Assembly (NCBI GenBank): GCA_963786955.1
Contig: CAWBAT010000004.1
Location: forward strand, 288,001-352,000
DNA length: 64,000 bases
Direction: 5' to 3'
Source of the DNA: an uncultured Acidimicrobiia bacterium
Lineage (GTDB): Bacteria > Acidobacteriota > Terriglobia > Versatilivoradales > Versatilivoraceae
Below, piece by piece: positions 38,641 to 49,542 of this stretch. Every line of letters begins with the position of its first letter. The stretch's first letter is position 1. A model generated the notes under the pieces. That model was not told where the DNA came from and searched no databases. It was given only the letters and a program-made list of their open reading frames with translations. Both the position numbers and the translations under genes were made by a program.

Positions 38641-41600
38641 CTAGTTGGCTGCCTTCGTCACCTTGACCGTTTCATTTGGAATCTCACCGAACATTTCAGG
38701 GGAATACAGTGCCTCTACGCGTGTCGGGGGTAAGTTGAAGAGCCCTTGGTTGTTTAGGCGGATGGTATATTCCACGGTCCATTCGCCTTTCGGAACATAT
38801 TCATAGTAGGCGCGAAAAGCTTCCAAGGAGCGTTCTTCAAATGCCGGCCAGACCCACCCTTCCTGAATTTCTCCTTGGGTGGCTAACCTTGAATCCCGAC
38901 CCAGTCCTGTTCCAAGAATTGCGGCTCCTGCTGGGATTGGATCACTCACGACTACCCAGGTCATGTCGGTTTGAGCCTCAACCTGCAGCCTTACCCGGAT
39001 GATATCTCCCTGATGCCAGGGGCCAGTGGATTTGGGGTCGACGGGAGAGAGCGTCTTTCTTATTTTGTATCCGGTTGAGAAGGGTTGTTTGAGAGGGATG
39101 GCCGCCCGGCTCTGGATGGTGGCCCAAGGGTTTCCTGAGGTGGCCGGGGTAATCAACAGAGCGCTCCGTTGCGGTGGCCATGGAAAGTCAAACTGGTTGC
39201 CTTTGGGGGATGTATTCCAATCTTGTGTCTCGGTCTTTCCTAATAGCGTGGCCGTGTTGATGCCCGATAAGGGAACACTCTCGAAAACCTTCGAGAATTT
39301 TTCCATAGCCAGAACCCCCCAAGCATTGGCCACGGTGGTATCCCATCGGCCCTGCTTCTGTCGGCCGAGAGCTCCCCGAGTGAGCCTTGGCAGGTCCTGT
39401 TTCCAGGCAGCCTGGTCCAGCAAGGACAGAATAAGTCGGACGGCATTGGTGTCAGTGGAGACCATCAACCACCAGAGAAAATCCGATCGTTCGGTGGAAA
39501 AACCCATTGTCGTTCCCTGGAAATTAAGCCGGGACCTCAGGATTTGTTCAGCTGCCTTGAGTTTGTCAACTTGACCCGAAATCTTTGATAGCTTTTGGAG
39601 AATATTAAACCAATTGATCACCGCCGAAGTGGGCCACAGGTTTGGCTCGATCGTAATCGAAGAAAGCATACTCGGCTCGGCCTGGCCCAAATATGTTAGC
39701 GCTTCGACCGCAGCCAGCTTGCGAATGGACAAGTCGGCTGTGGGGAGAGAAGAATAACGCACGACGCGTCCCTCGATGAATCCCCTGAGACCTGCTGCCA
39801 TTCTGGCTTCACTCTCTTCCGGGATCTTCCAACCGGCCTCATGAGCAATGGCTAACAGATAGGACGTCAATACATCGCTTCCACTCAAACAGGTCGGAAA
39901 ATATTTTGCCAGGCCGTCGGAGTCAAGGAAGGAAGGTAACATCTCCATCACTTTCTTCCAGCGTTTTTCATCTCGCAACGCAATCGCCCGGGAAGCTTCC
40001 TGCTCCAGGCAGATATAAGGGTAATCTCTCATATACTCCACAACACCCGACATCCCTTCCACTAGCGTGGGTCGTAAGATAACCTGGATTCCGCCGCGTC
40101 CCGGAAGCGCATCTTTGGGCCGCTCTACCTCAACACTAAGTTTTTGGTCCACTTGCGTGAGCGTCGCTTGAAAGACTCTCACGGGAATAGCGGGGACTAC
40201 CTTCTGTTGTACAGCTAGCCGGTCATGAGATCCATCGCTCGCCTTAGCACCCAGCTCATAGCGGAGCGCATCCACTCCGACCGGAGCGGACAGATTCCAG
40301 CCAATAGTTTGAGATTCACCTGCACCCAGCGAAACCTTCAGGGGCGCCAGCGGATCCTTCAGTCCCTTTACCTGTGCCGATACATCAACCTCCATGGCGT
40401 GGTCGGTGGTATTCCGAAGGGTGAATTCCGAACGGTATTGATCCCCTTGTCTGACGACAGGAGCAATGCCGGAGAGCAGGATCAGGTCCTGAGTCGATCG
40501 TATTGATGCAGACCCTGTTCCAAATTGATCCACTCCCGAAATCGCCACTGCCACAATGCGGAAGCTGGTCAAGGAATCATTTAGCGGGATCTCGATGGAA
40601 GCATCGCCGTCGACATCCAGCGGAACACGCCCTTTCCACAGAAGCAACGTGTCAAACAGCTCGCGGGTGATCTGTTTTCCCCCACCGCCCCCTGTAGGCA
40701 TTGCCTTCAAGCCAAAATGCCTTTTCCCAATCACCTGAGCCTGGGCCGTTGAAGTTTGCACACCATAACTTCGTCTCCCCATCATCGCCGCTAACAACTG
40801 CCAACTGTTGTTGGGCATCAACTCCAAAAGGCCTTCATCAACGGCCGCGATAGCCACTTCGCTTCCTGGTCCGGGAGCCTGGCCGTCAGTCTTCCTGACG
40901 GCGACACCCACTCGAGCCATTTCCCGGATCTTATAGATCGGCCGCTCAGGTGACACTTTAACTTTCAACTCATGGGTCCGCCAACCTACAGAGATTTCGG
41001 CGATACCCAATTTATAGGCGGGACGTCCCAAGTCAACTGTGGCCGTCGCTTGTACTCCACTGACACGCCCACGGACGAGTAAGACGGACACAAAAATATT
41101 GGGGGAAAAGCTGCCTTTGACCGGAATCTCGATCACAGGTTCTTTGCCTGAAAGCTCCTGGACCACAGCCTCCCCAACCCCTTCCCGCTCAATCGTGACG
41201 AGTGCCGTCGCTTCGGGAAACGGCATCCGAACCTGGAACCGAGCCTTCTCACCGACTTCGTAACGCTTTCGCTCCGGAAGCACATCGATGCGGTCATCAT
41301 CTGCGGCTTTGAACCACTGCTGATTCTTCCCCGCCACCCAGACTTCTTGATGCGTCGTTGTTTCCAAACCCGAAGAATCCTTGACAGAAGCTTGAAGGAT
41401 GACATTGCCGGAAACTGGCGACGTGGCTTCACAAGTGAGCAACCCCTTTTGGTTGGTCTTCCCTTCACACAGTTTCTGGAGTTTCTTCACTTCAGAGGAG
41501 TGCTCGTAGGCGTAGAAACCTCCTATCAGGCGCTTTCGATGGGAGTATGTCTTCTGTTCGTATAGGTCAACGATGACAGAAGCCTCCGGCACCGGTTTGC

Positions 41601-44325
41601 CTTTCAAGTCAGCCACTGCCACTTGAAATTTGAGCGACTCCTTGGAAAGGGCCCAGGAATCCGGCTTGATTCCTACTACCCAACGGGCCGGCCACAAAGG
41701 GATTCGGGCGGAGACGGTTTGAATCTCTCCATTGGGATCTCGATACTCAAGCTCACCGAGGATCTCGACCGGCTTATCAATTTTAGGCAGTTCGGAAATT
41801 TGGGTACGGACTGAGCCTGACTTGTCCAGTGTCAGACTGGTGCTTTTCAATTCGAGTCGCTTTTTCTCGACTGGGTCTTCTGCCTCTTCGCCGCCGTGGA
41901 AGAGACCTTCCTTAACGGCTCCATTAGAAAAGACAAAATCCTCAAATCCTTCGAAAGGTGGTACGTATCGTGGCTCCAGTTGATGTCTGAATTTGATTGG
42001 TAGATTCCCCGCAGCGCCACCAGACAGGAAGCTGGCACTTAAGTCAACTCGCACTTCAGAAGGCGAAATCAGCGGATCCGAAGGATAGACGATACTCCCT
42101 TTCATAAGTGGGACGCGATACTCCTCTACTCGAAACTGGCCCGTAAATTCCCCTCCCTCTGCCCGCTTGTTCGATGTTTGCAGGCTCACCTGGTACTGCC
42201 CGAGTTTCGCTCCTTTGGGAATCGTCCATGTGGACTCGGCAATTCCGTGGGCATCCCACTGGATCGGGAGATCGTATTTTTGATCGCTGCCCAGGTGCTG
42301 AATCCTGATGGAAGCCGGGCGCTTGTTTTCGGGCAATAGTGCAAAACCGCTTGTCACGTGTTTTCGGAGAACGTGCTTCATGTGCACTGTTTCTCCAGCC
42401 CGGAAGAGAGTTCGATCGAAAATGGTATGAGCGGCAATAAGGCTTGGGTTGTACTCTGTGGGAAGTTGAAAACGCCACGACTCAATCCCTTCGTTCCAAC
42501 TGGTGTGAAGCAAGGTCATGTCATCTCCCAGGCGTGCGGTGACAAGAAGCCCATTGTCGAGAGGACGAAACGAACATCTGGAAATCGCACTGAGTTCAGG
42601 AAGCCGATCAATGCGGGCAATCCCATTTGGGTCTGTCAACCCTTCCCAGAGCACATTGCCCTGGCAGTCTCGAATTTGAACGTTGGACTCTTTGACCGGT
42701 TTGGCCTTGTCCAGCGTCGTCACCCAGACCAGCGAAGATTCCATTCCCCATTTGAAGTGGACAGAGAGGTTGGTGACCAGCACCGTTGTCGGGACATACA
42801 TTGGCTTAGGAGATCCCAGTAAGGCAGCTCCAAGAAGCTCGCTCTTGACCTCTACGACATAGAATCCGGGAGAAGGAATAGGGATCCCAATCACCTCGAA
42901 GGCTTTAGCACCATGCAATTTCGGAAGGGAAAAGGGTTTTGCCTTCGCTGCAGCGCTCGTGGTCAGGATCGAATGCTCCCGGTCCTCCCAACTCCGAGAA
43001 TCGATCTTGTTCAACCAGTAAAGCATTTGGGTAGGACGGTCCGTTGGGACCTTGAAAATCATCCCCCGCATCTCCTCGGTGAGGTACTGATCCTTGGTGT
43101 TGATATCAGAGTGCTGGATGCTCGACTGCCCCTCCTCGACTTCCAACATCTGTCCCGCGATAGTTGGCTCGACGTTTCTCACGGTAACTGGAAGCAACGG
43201 TGTCGCATTCAATTCCAGAATTCCAAAGTGGGCGGAAAACTTCACCAGAGGAGGGTATTCATCCGTTCGGACCGACAGCGGAAAACGGTTGGCATTTTCG
43301 AGTTTTCGTCCCGCATCATCTTGAAGGTTAGGTGCCAACTCGATTTGGAATTCTGTCTTCTCCGGGAAGGGACCCTTAAACCAGACCGATTGGACATGCT
43401 TCCCTTCCTCATCGGCTTCTTCTTCCCTCTCAACTTTCCAGTGCTGGTTACCAGGTCCCTTCAAAACTGTTTTTCGCGCATCGACCCACAAAACAGGAGC
43501 AGAGAAACTGACTCTCATTGGCGAGATCGGGACACAGCCGGCTTCGGGTTTTTCTCTCGAACAGCTGAACGAAGCCTGAAATGGGGATCGCACCACGAAT
43601 GGAAGGATCTGATCTTGGACATTAGTAACCCCGCTTTGTGAGGCGACGTCCTTCCCCCACACCAAACTGACTTTGGAGTTCTGAGGGAAACGCTGTTTGG
43701 CTTGGATCAGGAGAAAAGGATGTGGGGCGCTATCCCGGCGCATGCCTTGTGTTTTGAGAATTCGTTCTCTTTCCTGGCCTGAAACGATTCGAACACCAAT
43801 GCGCTCACCGATGTTCACGGCTGTGAAATAGACATAGGACAGAACGGAAGCCTCGGTAGGGTCTCCATCCAGCTCAAGGATAAAGATCTGCTCTTCGTCT
43901 ATGGACTGTGATCCCTGGTAAGGTGCAGACGAGAGAATGGACGGCCCTCCGGTGGATAAAGCAAAGACTTGCTGCCCAGCTACCATTTTCCCAGCCAGTG
44001 TTTTCAACCCTTCGCTGACTCGAAATTCGCAGCGAACTCCGGCGCCCAGGTTGCGATCGAAGTCATAAATCCAATTGGAGCCATCCGCCCAACGTGCGGT
44101 TCCCTTCTCCGGGCAATGGATGACAAAGGGGGCTACCGTTTCCCGCGGATCGCCCAGTGGAACCATAGGCTCCGAAAAACGCACTCGCACCTGCCGTACA
44201 TTCTTTACTGTCCCTTGTGGCGAGAATTCCTCAACGCGCGCCAGGGTCTGACCGTAAAGGGGAATGAGAAGCGATGCTAGAAAAAGGGAATTGATTAGGG
44301 ACTTTAAAGCAGATGGGATCTTCAT
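38641..44325 (-). CDS. Bacterial alpha-2-macroglobulin
   Basis: 1894 aa, DRTLFRAGETV, EEYRVP, AAVDEG, thioester motif YPYICLEQ, VEALYSPE. Confidence 0.95.
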   Translation of the reverse strand: MKIPSALKSLINSLFLASLLIPLYGQTLARVEEFSPQGTVKNVRQVRVRFSEPMVPLGDPRETVAPFVIHCPEKGTARWADGSNWIYDFDRNLGAGVRCEFRVSEGLKTLAGKMVAGQQVFALSTGGPSILSSAPYQGSQSIDEEQIFILELDGDPTEASVLSYVYFTAVNIGERIGVRIVSGQERERILKTQGMRRDSAPHPFLLIQAKQRFPQNSKVSLVWGKDVASQSGVTNVQDQILPFVVRSPFQASFSCSREKPEAGCVPISPMRVSFSAPVLWVDARKTVLKGPGNQHWKVEREEEADEEGKHVQSVWFKGPFPEKTEFQIELAPNLQDDAGRKLENANRFPLSVRTDEYPPLVKFSAHFGILELNATPLLPVTVRNVEPTIAGQMLEVEEGQSSIQHSDINTKDQYLTEEMRGMIFKVPTDRPTQMLYWLNKIDSRSWEDREHSILTTSAAAKAKPFSLPKLHGAKAFEVIGIPIPSPGFYVVEVKSELLGAALLGSPKPMYVPTTVLVTNLSVHFKWGMESSLVWVTTLDKAKPVKESNVQIRDCQGNVLWEGLTDPNGIARIDRLPELSAISRCSFRPLDNGLLVTARLGDDMTLLHTSWNEGIESWRFQLPTEYNPSLIAAHTIFDRTLFRAGETVHMKHVLRKHVTSGFALLPENKRPASIRIQHLGSDQKYDLPIQWDAHGIAESTWTIPKGAKLGQYQVSLQTSNKRAEGGEFTGQFRVEEYRVPLMKGSIVYPSDPLISPSEVRVDLSASFLSGGAAGNLPIKFRHQLEPRYVPPFEGFEDFVFSNGAVKEGLFHGGEEAEDPVEKKRLELKSTSLTLDKSGSVRTQISELPKIDKPVEILGELEYRDPNGEIQTVSARIPLWPARWVVGIKPDSWALSKESLKFQVAVADLKGKPVPEASVIVDLYEQKTYSHRKRLIGGFYAYEHSSEVKKLQKLCEGKTNQKGLLTCEATSPVSGNVILQASVKDSSGLETTTHQEVWVAGKNQQWFKAADDDRIDVLPERKRYEVGEKARFQVRMPFPEATALVTIEREGVGEAVVQELSGKEPVIEIPVKGSFSPNIFVSVLLVRGRVSGVQATATVDLGRPAYKLGIAEISVGWRTHELKVKVSPERPIYKIREMARVGVAVRKTDGQAPGPGSEVAIAAVDEGLLELMPNNSWQLLAAMMGRRSYGVQTSTAQAQVIGKRHFGLKAMPTGGGGGKQITRELFDTLLLWKGRVPLDVDGDASIEIPLNDSLTSFRIVAVAISGVDQFGTGSASIRSTQDLILLSGIAPVVRQGDQYRSEFTLRNTTDHAMEVDVSAQVKGLKDPLAPLKVSLGAGESQTIGWNLSAPVGVDALRYELGAKASDGSHDRLAVQQKVVPAIPVRVFQATLTQVDQKLSVEVERPKDALPGRGGIQVILRPTLVEGMSGVVEYMRDYPYICLEQEASRAIALRDEKRWKKVMEMLPSFLDSDGLAKYFPTCLSGSDVLTSYLLAIAHEAGWKIPEESEARMAAGLRGFIEGRVVRYSSLPTADLSIRKLAAVEALTYLGQAEPSMLSSITIEPNLWPTSAVINWFNILQKLSKISGQVDKLKAAEQILRSRLNFQGTTMGFSTERSDFLWWLMVSTDTNAVRLILSLLDQAAWKQDLPRLTRGALGRQKQGRWDTTVANAWGVLAMEKFSKVFESVPLSGINTATLLGKTETQDWNTSPKGNQFDFPWPPQRSALLITPATSGNPWATIQSRAAIPLKQPFSTGYKIRKTLSPVDPKSTGPWHQGDIIRVRLQVEAQTDMTWVVVSDPIPAGAAILGTGLGRDSRLATQGEIQEGWVWPAFEERSLEAFRAYYEYVPKGEWTVEYTIRLNNQGLFNLPPTRVEALYSPEMFGEIPNETVKVTKAAN

Positions 44326-44362
44326 AGGTCCAGCCTTCGAAAAAAGTGTGTCCGCCTGATTT

Positions 44363-45379
44363 CTACTTCAGCAAGATAAAGGTTTTCTTTTTCATTTCCA
44401 AAAACAACCTCCGGATGTCTGCATCCTTGACTTTGGCAACCTGTCGCTCTGCCTTTCGTTTCGAAATGATGGTTGGCAATATCCAAAGGGAGTCCCAAAG
44501 CCCCACTAGAAAAGCGGTTCTAAAAGTGAACAGAGACTGCAGAACCAACAGGATGATAGCCCCCAGGTGTTTGAGCAACATCCCAGAATCATGGACGTTT
44601 TTCCACATGAAGATGAAGCGATTCCGGGTATTGATTCGGTCAATACGAAAGCGATTGTATGCTCCCTGAATCGTGGTACTGGCGTCGTGGTAAACAACAC
44701 TCTTCGGCTCGTAATGGATCACCCAACCCCGTTTCCAGGCACGATAGGAGAGTTCGACATCTTCCCAATAAAACGGGGACATTAAAGGCTCAAAACCACC
44801 GGCCTCCTGAAGCTTTTGCCGATCAAAGGCACAAAATCCACCACACACTGCAAACGAGTAAAACAGACCTGGATCTTCCGCCGGGCCCGGATGAGTATTA
44901 GATACATCGTAATTGCGGAAAGCTTTCCAAAATCCCATACGGAACTCACCGATTTTCCCTCCATTGCAAAAAGTAGATTGATCTCGTCCCAACGCCTTAA
45001 AGGTGACCCCGAAAACTGTTTCGTTTTCAAAGTGAGAGATTATTGGCAAGATGAAATTCTTATCTACAAGGACATCGTTGTTTAGCAAGATCACGATCTG
45101 GTAACGACATGCAGAAAAACCCGAGTTGCAGGCGAATGCAAAACCGCTGTTTCGGCTGTGGGTGACTAGCTTGATGTTCCTCTCGGGATATTTTTCGATC
45201 CAGGGGATCGTATCATCAACGCTACCATCGTCTACCACAATCACTTCCCAAGATCCGCCGGTCTTTTGATGAAATTCATGGGTGGCAGCCAGGAGAGCAG
45301 GAAACATCTCTTCCAATAAAATTTTGCCGTTCCATGAAGGAATAACAACACTGATTGAGGGCTTGAGACGGGCATTCAT
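44363..45379 (-). CDS. Glycosyltransferase family 2
   Basis: SVVIPSWN, VVDDGS, LLNND, YWEDVELSYR. Confidence 0.92.
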   Translation of the reverse strand: MNARLKPSISVVIPSWNGKILLEEMFPALLAATHEFHQKTGGSWEVIVVDDGSVDDTIPWIEKYPERNIKLVTHSRNSGFAFACNSGFSACRYQIVILLNNDVLVDKNFILPIISHFENETVFGVTFKALGRDQSTFCNGGKIGEFRMGFWKAFRNYDVSNTHPGPAEDPGLFYSFAVCGGFCAFDRQKLQEAGGFEPLMSPFYWEDVELSYRAWKRGWVIHYEPKSVVYHDASTTIQGAYNRFRIDRINTRNRFIFMWKNVHDSGMLLKHLGAIILLVLQSLFTFRTAFLVGLWDSLWILPTIISKRKAERQVAKVKDADIRRLFLEMKKKTFILLK

Positions 45380-45697
45380 TCAAGGTGGCTTTTGAAAATT
45401 ATGGAGAGTCTTTGGATCACGACGCAGATATTATCTTTAGTTTGATTTGAAAAAGCCAGACGCAAGGAATTCGAATCCATTCCGTTGACACGAAACAGTT
45501 GAGCGATCACATGGGAGACGTTGGCCTGCTTCAGGCCCTGGCCACCGTGACCAGTGAGTTGTCTGCCCATGCTTCCCGACTCATCCCTGGCACTTCAAGG
45601 GCCAGTCGAGCTCCCGAGGATACCCCGTAGAACAATACAATCTTATTACAAAACTCTTACAACCAGAATTATCCAGCCCTGAAATAATAGGCTTGTT

Positions 45698-47116
45698 ATG
45701 AGCAATCATCCGACAATTATTCAAGGCGGCATGGGCGCTGGTGTCTCGAACTGGCGGCTAGCGCAAACAGTAGCCCGGTTAGGGCAACTAGGAGTTGTTT
45801 CCGGAACGGCCCTCGATCAGATCCTAGCCAGGCGACTGCAAGATGGCGATCATGGGGGACGCATGCGCCACGGGCTCGACCATTTTCCAATTCCCGGGAT
45901 GGCTGAGCGAATTCTGCAAACCTATTACATCCCCGGCGGCAAACCTGAGAGGCAGTCTTATAAGAATCCGCCGATGCACACCAAGGACAGTTGCCGCGAG
46001 CTGCAGGAACTTTGCATTGTGGCCAACTTTGTGGAGGTTTTTCTTGCCCGCGAAGGCCACCAAAATCCGGTCGGGATTAACTATTTAGAAAAGATTCAAA
46101 TGCCGCACCTGCCATCCATCTACGGCGCCATGCTGGCTGGCGTGGGCTACATCCTAATGGGAGCCGGAATCCCGGTCAGGATTCCCGGAGTGCTCGATCG
46201 TTTCGCTCAACATGAACCTGCCACCTATCCCTTGCAGGTCGCCGGCGCGCAAGAGGGTGACAACGCCACCATGACGTTCACCCCAAGAGAGTTCACGGAA
46301 TGTGAGTTACCCCCCCTGCCCCGCCCTTACTTTCTGGCCATCATCGCGTCTAATGTCCTCGCCGTGACTCTGGTGAGGAAGGCCAACGGCAAGGTTGATG
46401 GATTCGTCGTCGAAGGTCACATCGCCGGTGGCCACAATGCGCCGCCTCGCGGAAAGCTCCAGCTCGACGAAGCAGGTGAAGCCATCTACGGCGAACGAGA
46501 CAAGGTCGACCTTGAAAAGATACGAGAGCTAGGGCTGCCCTTCTGGCTTGCTGGAGGTTACGGCACCCCTGAGAAATTACGCGAAGCGGTGGCGGCTGGG
46601 GCGACTGGGGTGCAGGTCGGAACTCCCTTTGCATTTTGTAATGAGTCGGGTTTAAGAGATGACTACAAGCGCACCTTACTGGGTAAATCGATCTCCGGAA
46701 AAGCCCGAGTATTTACCGATTCGGTGGCTTCTCCCACGAATTTTCCGTTCAAGGCAGTGCAGCTAGAGGACTCGAATTCAGAGCAAGAAGTCTATTTGGC
46801 CAGGCCACGAATTTGCGATCTTGGCTATCTGCGTGAGGCCTACAGAACCGCCCAGGGCACACTCGATTACCGCTGCTCGGCGGAACCGGTATCAATTTAC
46901 GTTTCCAAAGAGGGGAAAGTGGAGAATACATTAGGCAGAAAATGCCTCTGTAATTCACTGATGGCAAATATCGACCATCCCCAAGTACGCATTGGCAAAC
47001 TCATTGAGAAAGGCTTGGTCACTGCCGGAAATGACTTAACTGAAATTGGACGGTTTCTGCCTCGAGATGCATCAACTTACAGCGCTGCGGACGTCATCAG
47101 AAAACTGCTCAACTGA
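45698..47116 (+). CDS. Nitronate monooxygenase/FabK-like flavoprotein
   Basis: IIQGGMG, MGAGIP, EG..AGGHN, LAGG, GVQVGT. Confidence 0.85.
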   Translation: MSNHPTIIQGGMGAGVSNWRLAQTVARLGQLGVVSGTALDQILARRLQDGDHGGRMRHGLDHFPIPGMAERILQTYYIPGGKPERQSYKNPPMHTKDSCRELQELCIVANFVEVFLAREGHQNPVGINYLEKIQMPHLPSIYGAMLAGVGYILMGAGIPVRIPGVLDRFAQHEPATYPLQVAGAQEGDNATMTFTPREFTECELPPLPRPYFLAIIASNVLAVTLVRKANGKVDGFVVEGHIAGGHNAPPRGKLQLDEAGEAIYGERDKVDLEKIRELGLPFWLAGGYGTPEKLREAVAAGATGVQVGTPFAFCNESGLRDDYKRTLLGKSISGKARVFTDSVASPTNFPFKAVQLEDSNSEQEVYLARPRICDLGYLREAYRTAQGTLDYRCSAEPVSIYVSKEGKVENTLGRKCLCNSLMANIDHPQVRIGKLIEKGLVTAGNDLTEIGRFLPRDASTYSAADVIRKLLN

Positions 47117-47257
47117 TAATCCCATTCCTCAACTCATGCCGGCTGTTGAGCTGCAAAACAGGGGTTTGATGCGCTTTCTGGAAAAAGGCGGGACGGTAGG
47201 CTAGCCATCGCTTATTGAATTGCATGCCTTATCTCGGCCATACTAGGAAGCGCGAAT

Positions 47258-48961
47258 TCAGTCTGTCGCGGTGGGATAGAGGGGCAAAAAATCGCTGTTG
47301 GGAGAAATGCCGATGATGCCGTTCCCCTTCCAGGACAAGGTATAATCAACTCCCGCTATTCTCTCGACTTCCTTTCGAACCGGCAAATCATACTGCAACA
47401 GAATGGGAGCAGGAAAAACGTCACGCGGAATATAGGCAAACCTCCCAATATTTGTTTCATTGAGGGCCTGGCCGTTCACCGTGAGCTGAACCGAATCCTG
47501 AGTTGTCCATGGCGGGATACGGATCGCGACGTTTTGCCGGATTTTCGGCACAATCGTGACTTTCGCCCTCTCACCCCGCTCGCAGCTGATCCGGATCTTT
47601 TCATCCTCGTAATCGAAATGAAAGTTCACGACCAGGCCAATGGGACTCTGAACTACCACATGTTGATACACATCAACCAGGGTATGAAGGACGGCGCAGG
47701 TGATGTCGGTGGCAGGATTTCTGCCCCAGTAGGGCTCATGCATCCCTGCGTAACCACCGACCACCCGTACATCCAAATCGGCGTGTGCGTCGGAGCCATC
47801 CTGAATGGCAGGCTTCAGCCCCGGACGCTGAACGATCTGTGAGGGGAGCAAGCGGCATCGAACCAGCCGCTCCGCGTCTTCCAGGAACTCGGTGTATCCA
47901 TGCCGGGCCAGCCACAGCCCCAGCTGCACCACATCTCCCGCCGAGGCAGGCTCGGCATTTCCCTCCTCCTGCATGCCATGGGAGATGACCCCGCTGGGCT
48001 TAATCAGATGTCCTAACACGTAGGCCCGATAGGTGCTGGCGACGCGCTCGATATACTGGCGCTGATTGGTCAATTCGCCGTAGAGCACCAGCCCCCGCAA
48101 CGTGCCCAGGTAGGAATGCGTGTGGTCGGCTTTCGAGGCAAGGTTCAGAGTGCCGTCGGCCGAAGTCGTATTTTCCAGGTGATACTCGGCAAAGCGGTTC
48201 GCCAGTTTCAGGGCGAGCGGGTCACCGGAAGTCTCGTAGAACCAGACCAGCGCCTCGATGAGGCGACCGTGCGACTGGGTGGGATCCATGCGCGGGGGGC
48301 GTTTCATATGACGGACCGCTTCGAGCCCGTCATAGTCCCAATCACCGTTCGCGCGCGACACTCTCCAGATGGTTTCTATCATCCGGTGGGCCTGATCCAG
48401 AGCCCAGCGGTTGCCTCGAAAACGTGCCAGGGCATTCAAAGCCAGCAAACTTTCTCGCATCGAGTGAATCTCGAGCAGGTTGGGCGGTTCGCTGAGTTGC
48501 GAGTATTGAGGTGGCGGAAGACACAGGTTGTCGGGATTGTCAAAAAACAAACGTAAATTCGCCAGCATGGCCGTTTCCAGCTGAGCGGGAATGGTAAATC
48601 CTGTGGCATTCTCGAGACGCAGCATCGCGTCCAGCCAGCGGCCAATGTTGTGCGCGGGCCATGTAAACTCGTAGGTTGCCTTGTAATCCCTACCGATTTT
48701 CATGATGAAATACGGCAGATAATTCTCCTTGGGGTTGAGCGCAGCCAGCAGATGTTCTCCCGCCAGGTCCATCGATTTTTTCAGGGAGAGACTTTCCTGC
48801 GCGACAGAATTGATTCGCGGTGCGGCAGGCTGGGCTGCGGACTGTGGTGCAGGGCGTGGCGGAGCCGTTCGACCCTCCCCTCCAAAACGGGCCGGCAGAG
48901 TCGCCAAAGTACTCGCTGTAAAAGCTCCCTTTACAAACCTTCTTCGCGAAATTCCCATCAT
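47258..48961 (-). CDS. Tat-exported (alpha/alpha)6 protein, distant GH127-like
   Basis: SRRRFVK leader, HNIGRWLDA, HTHS, RIPPW. Confidence 0.55.
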   Translation of the reverse strand: MMGISRRRFVKGAFTASTLATLPARFGGEGRTAPPRPAPQSAAQPAAPRINSVAQESLSLKKSMDLAGEHLLAALNPKENYLPYFIMKIGRDYKATYEFTWPAHNIGRWLDAMLRLENATGFTIPAQLETAMLANLRLFFDNPDNLCLPPPQYSQLSEPPNLLEIHSMRESLLALNALARFRGNRWALDQAHRMIETIWRVSRANGDWDYDGLEAVRHMKRPPRMDPTQSHGRLIEALVWFYETSGDPLALKLANRFAEYHLENTTSADGTLNLASKADHTHSYLGTLRGLVLYGELTNQRQYIERVASTYRAYVLGHLIKPSGVISHGMQEEGNAEPASAGDVVQLGLWLARHGYTEFLEDAERLVRCRLLPSQIVQRPGLKPAIQDGSDAHADLDVRVVGGYAGMHEPYWGRNPATDITCAVLHTLVDVYQHVVVQSPIGLVVNFHFDYEDEKIRISCERGERAKVTIVPKIRQNVAIRIPPWTTQDSVQLTVNGQALNETNIGRFAYIPRDVFPAPILLQYDLPVRKEVERIAGVDYTLSWKGNGIIGISPNSDFLPLYPTATD

Positions 48962-49542
48962 GATCTTTTCCTCATGCAGGCAGGATCAGACGACCCGCCC
49001 GAGAGTTTGTCCTAACAGACGTAAGATCATCTACTTTACTGAGGTGTACCCCGAAGTCAAAATTATTTTCTCTCAGCAATAAGTAACATTGGCGGGGTTC
49101 GGTTGTGTTAAGTCTCGAATTGGTATGTGCCCTGACAGTTTGCACTTTTATGATGGCTAAATGGAAATCCGCTCCACGAGCTCGGGTGGACGGGGGCGTC
49201 AAAATGAGCGGTATTCAAAAGGGGGGGGCGAGAATAGAGCAATGTGTCGTCGAAAACCCTTGATGATAGCCCTTATGAAAAGAACCCAATTCGATTTCGC
49301 AATCTATTTGTCGAGGATCGGAATAAAGTGGGAGTGAATATTCGGCATCGGCGGGCCAGCTTGGATTCTCGCTCAACATATCCATACAATTGGACGTTCG
49401 TCCGCAACTTTGCGAAGTGCAGCGGGCGCGAGGGATTATCGCTCCACGCGCCCGTTCCCCCTTTCTCTGCTGGCAGTTCGAAGTTGCGTTTGCGTATTCA
49501 CGAAAAAAAGGTCTTAGCTTGATTTTGGAGAATTGTAGCCTT

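Noticed and set aside
48962-49542. Long intergenic region as a possible ncRNA
   Set aside because: No recognisable RNA family or extended structure; compatible with divergent promoters.
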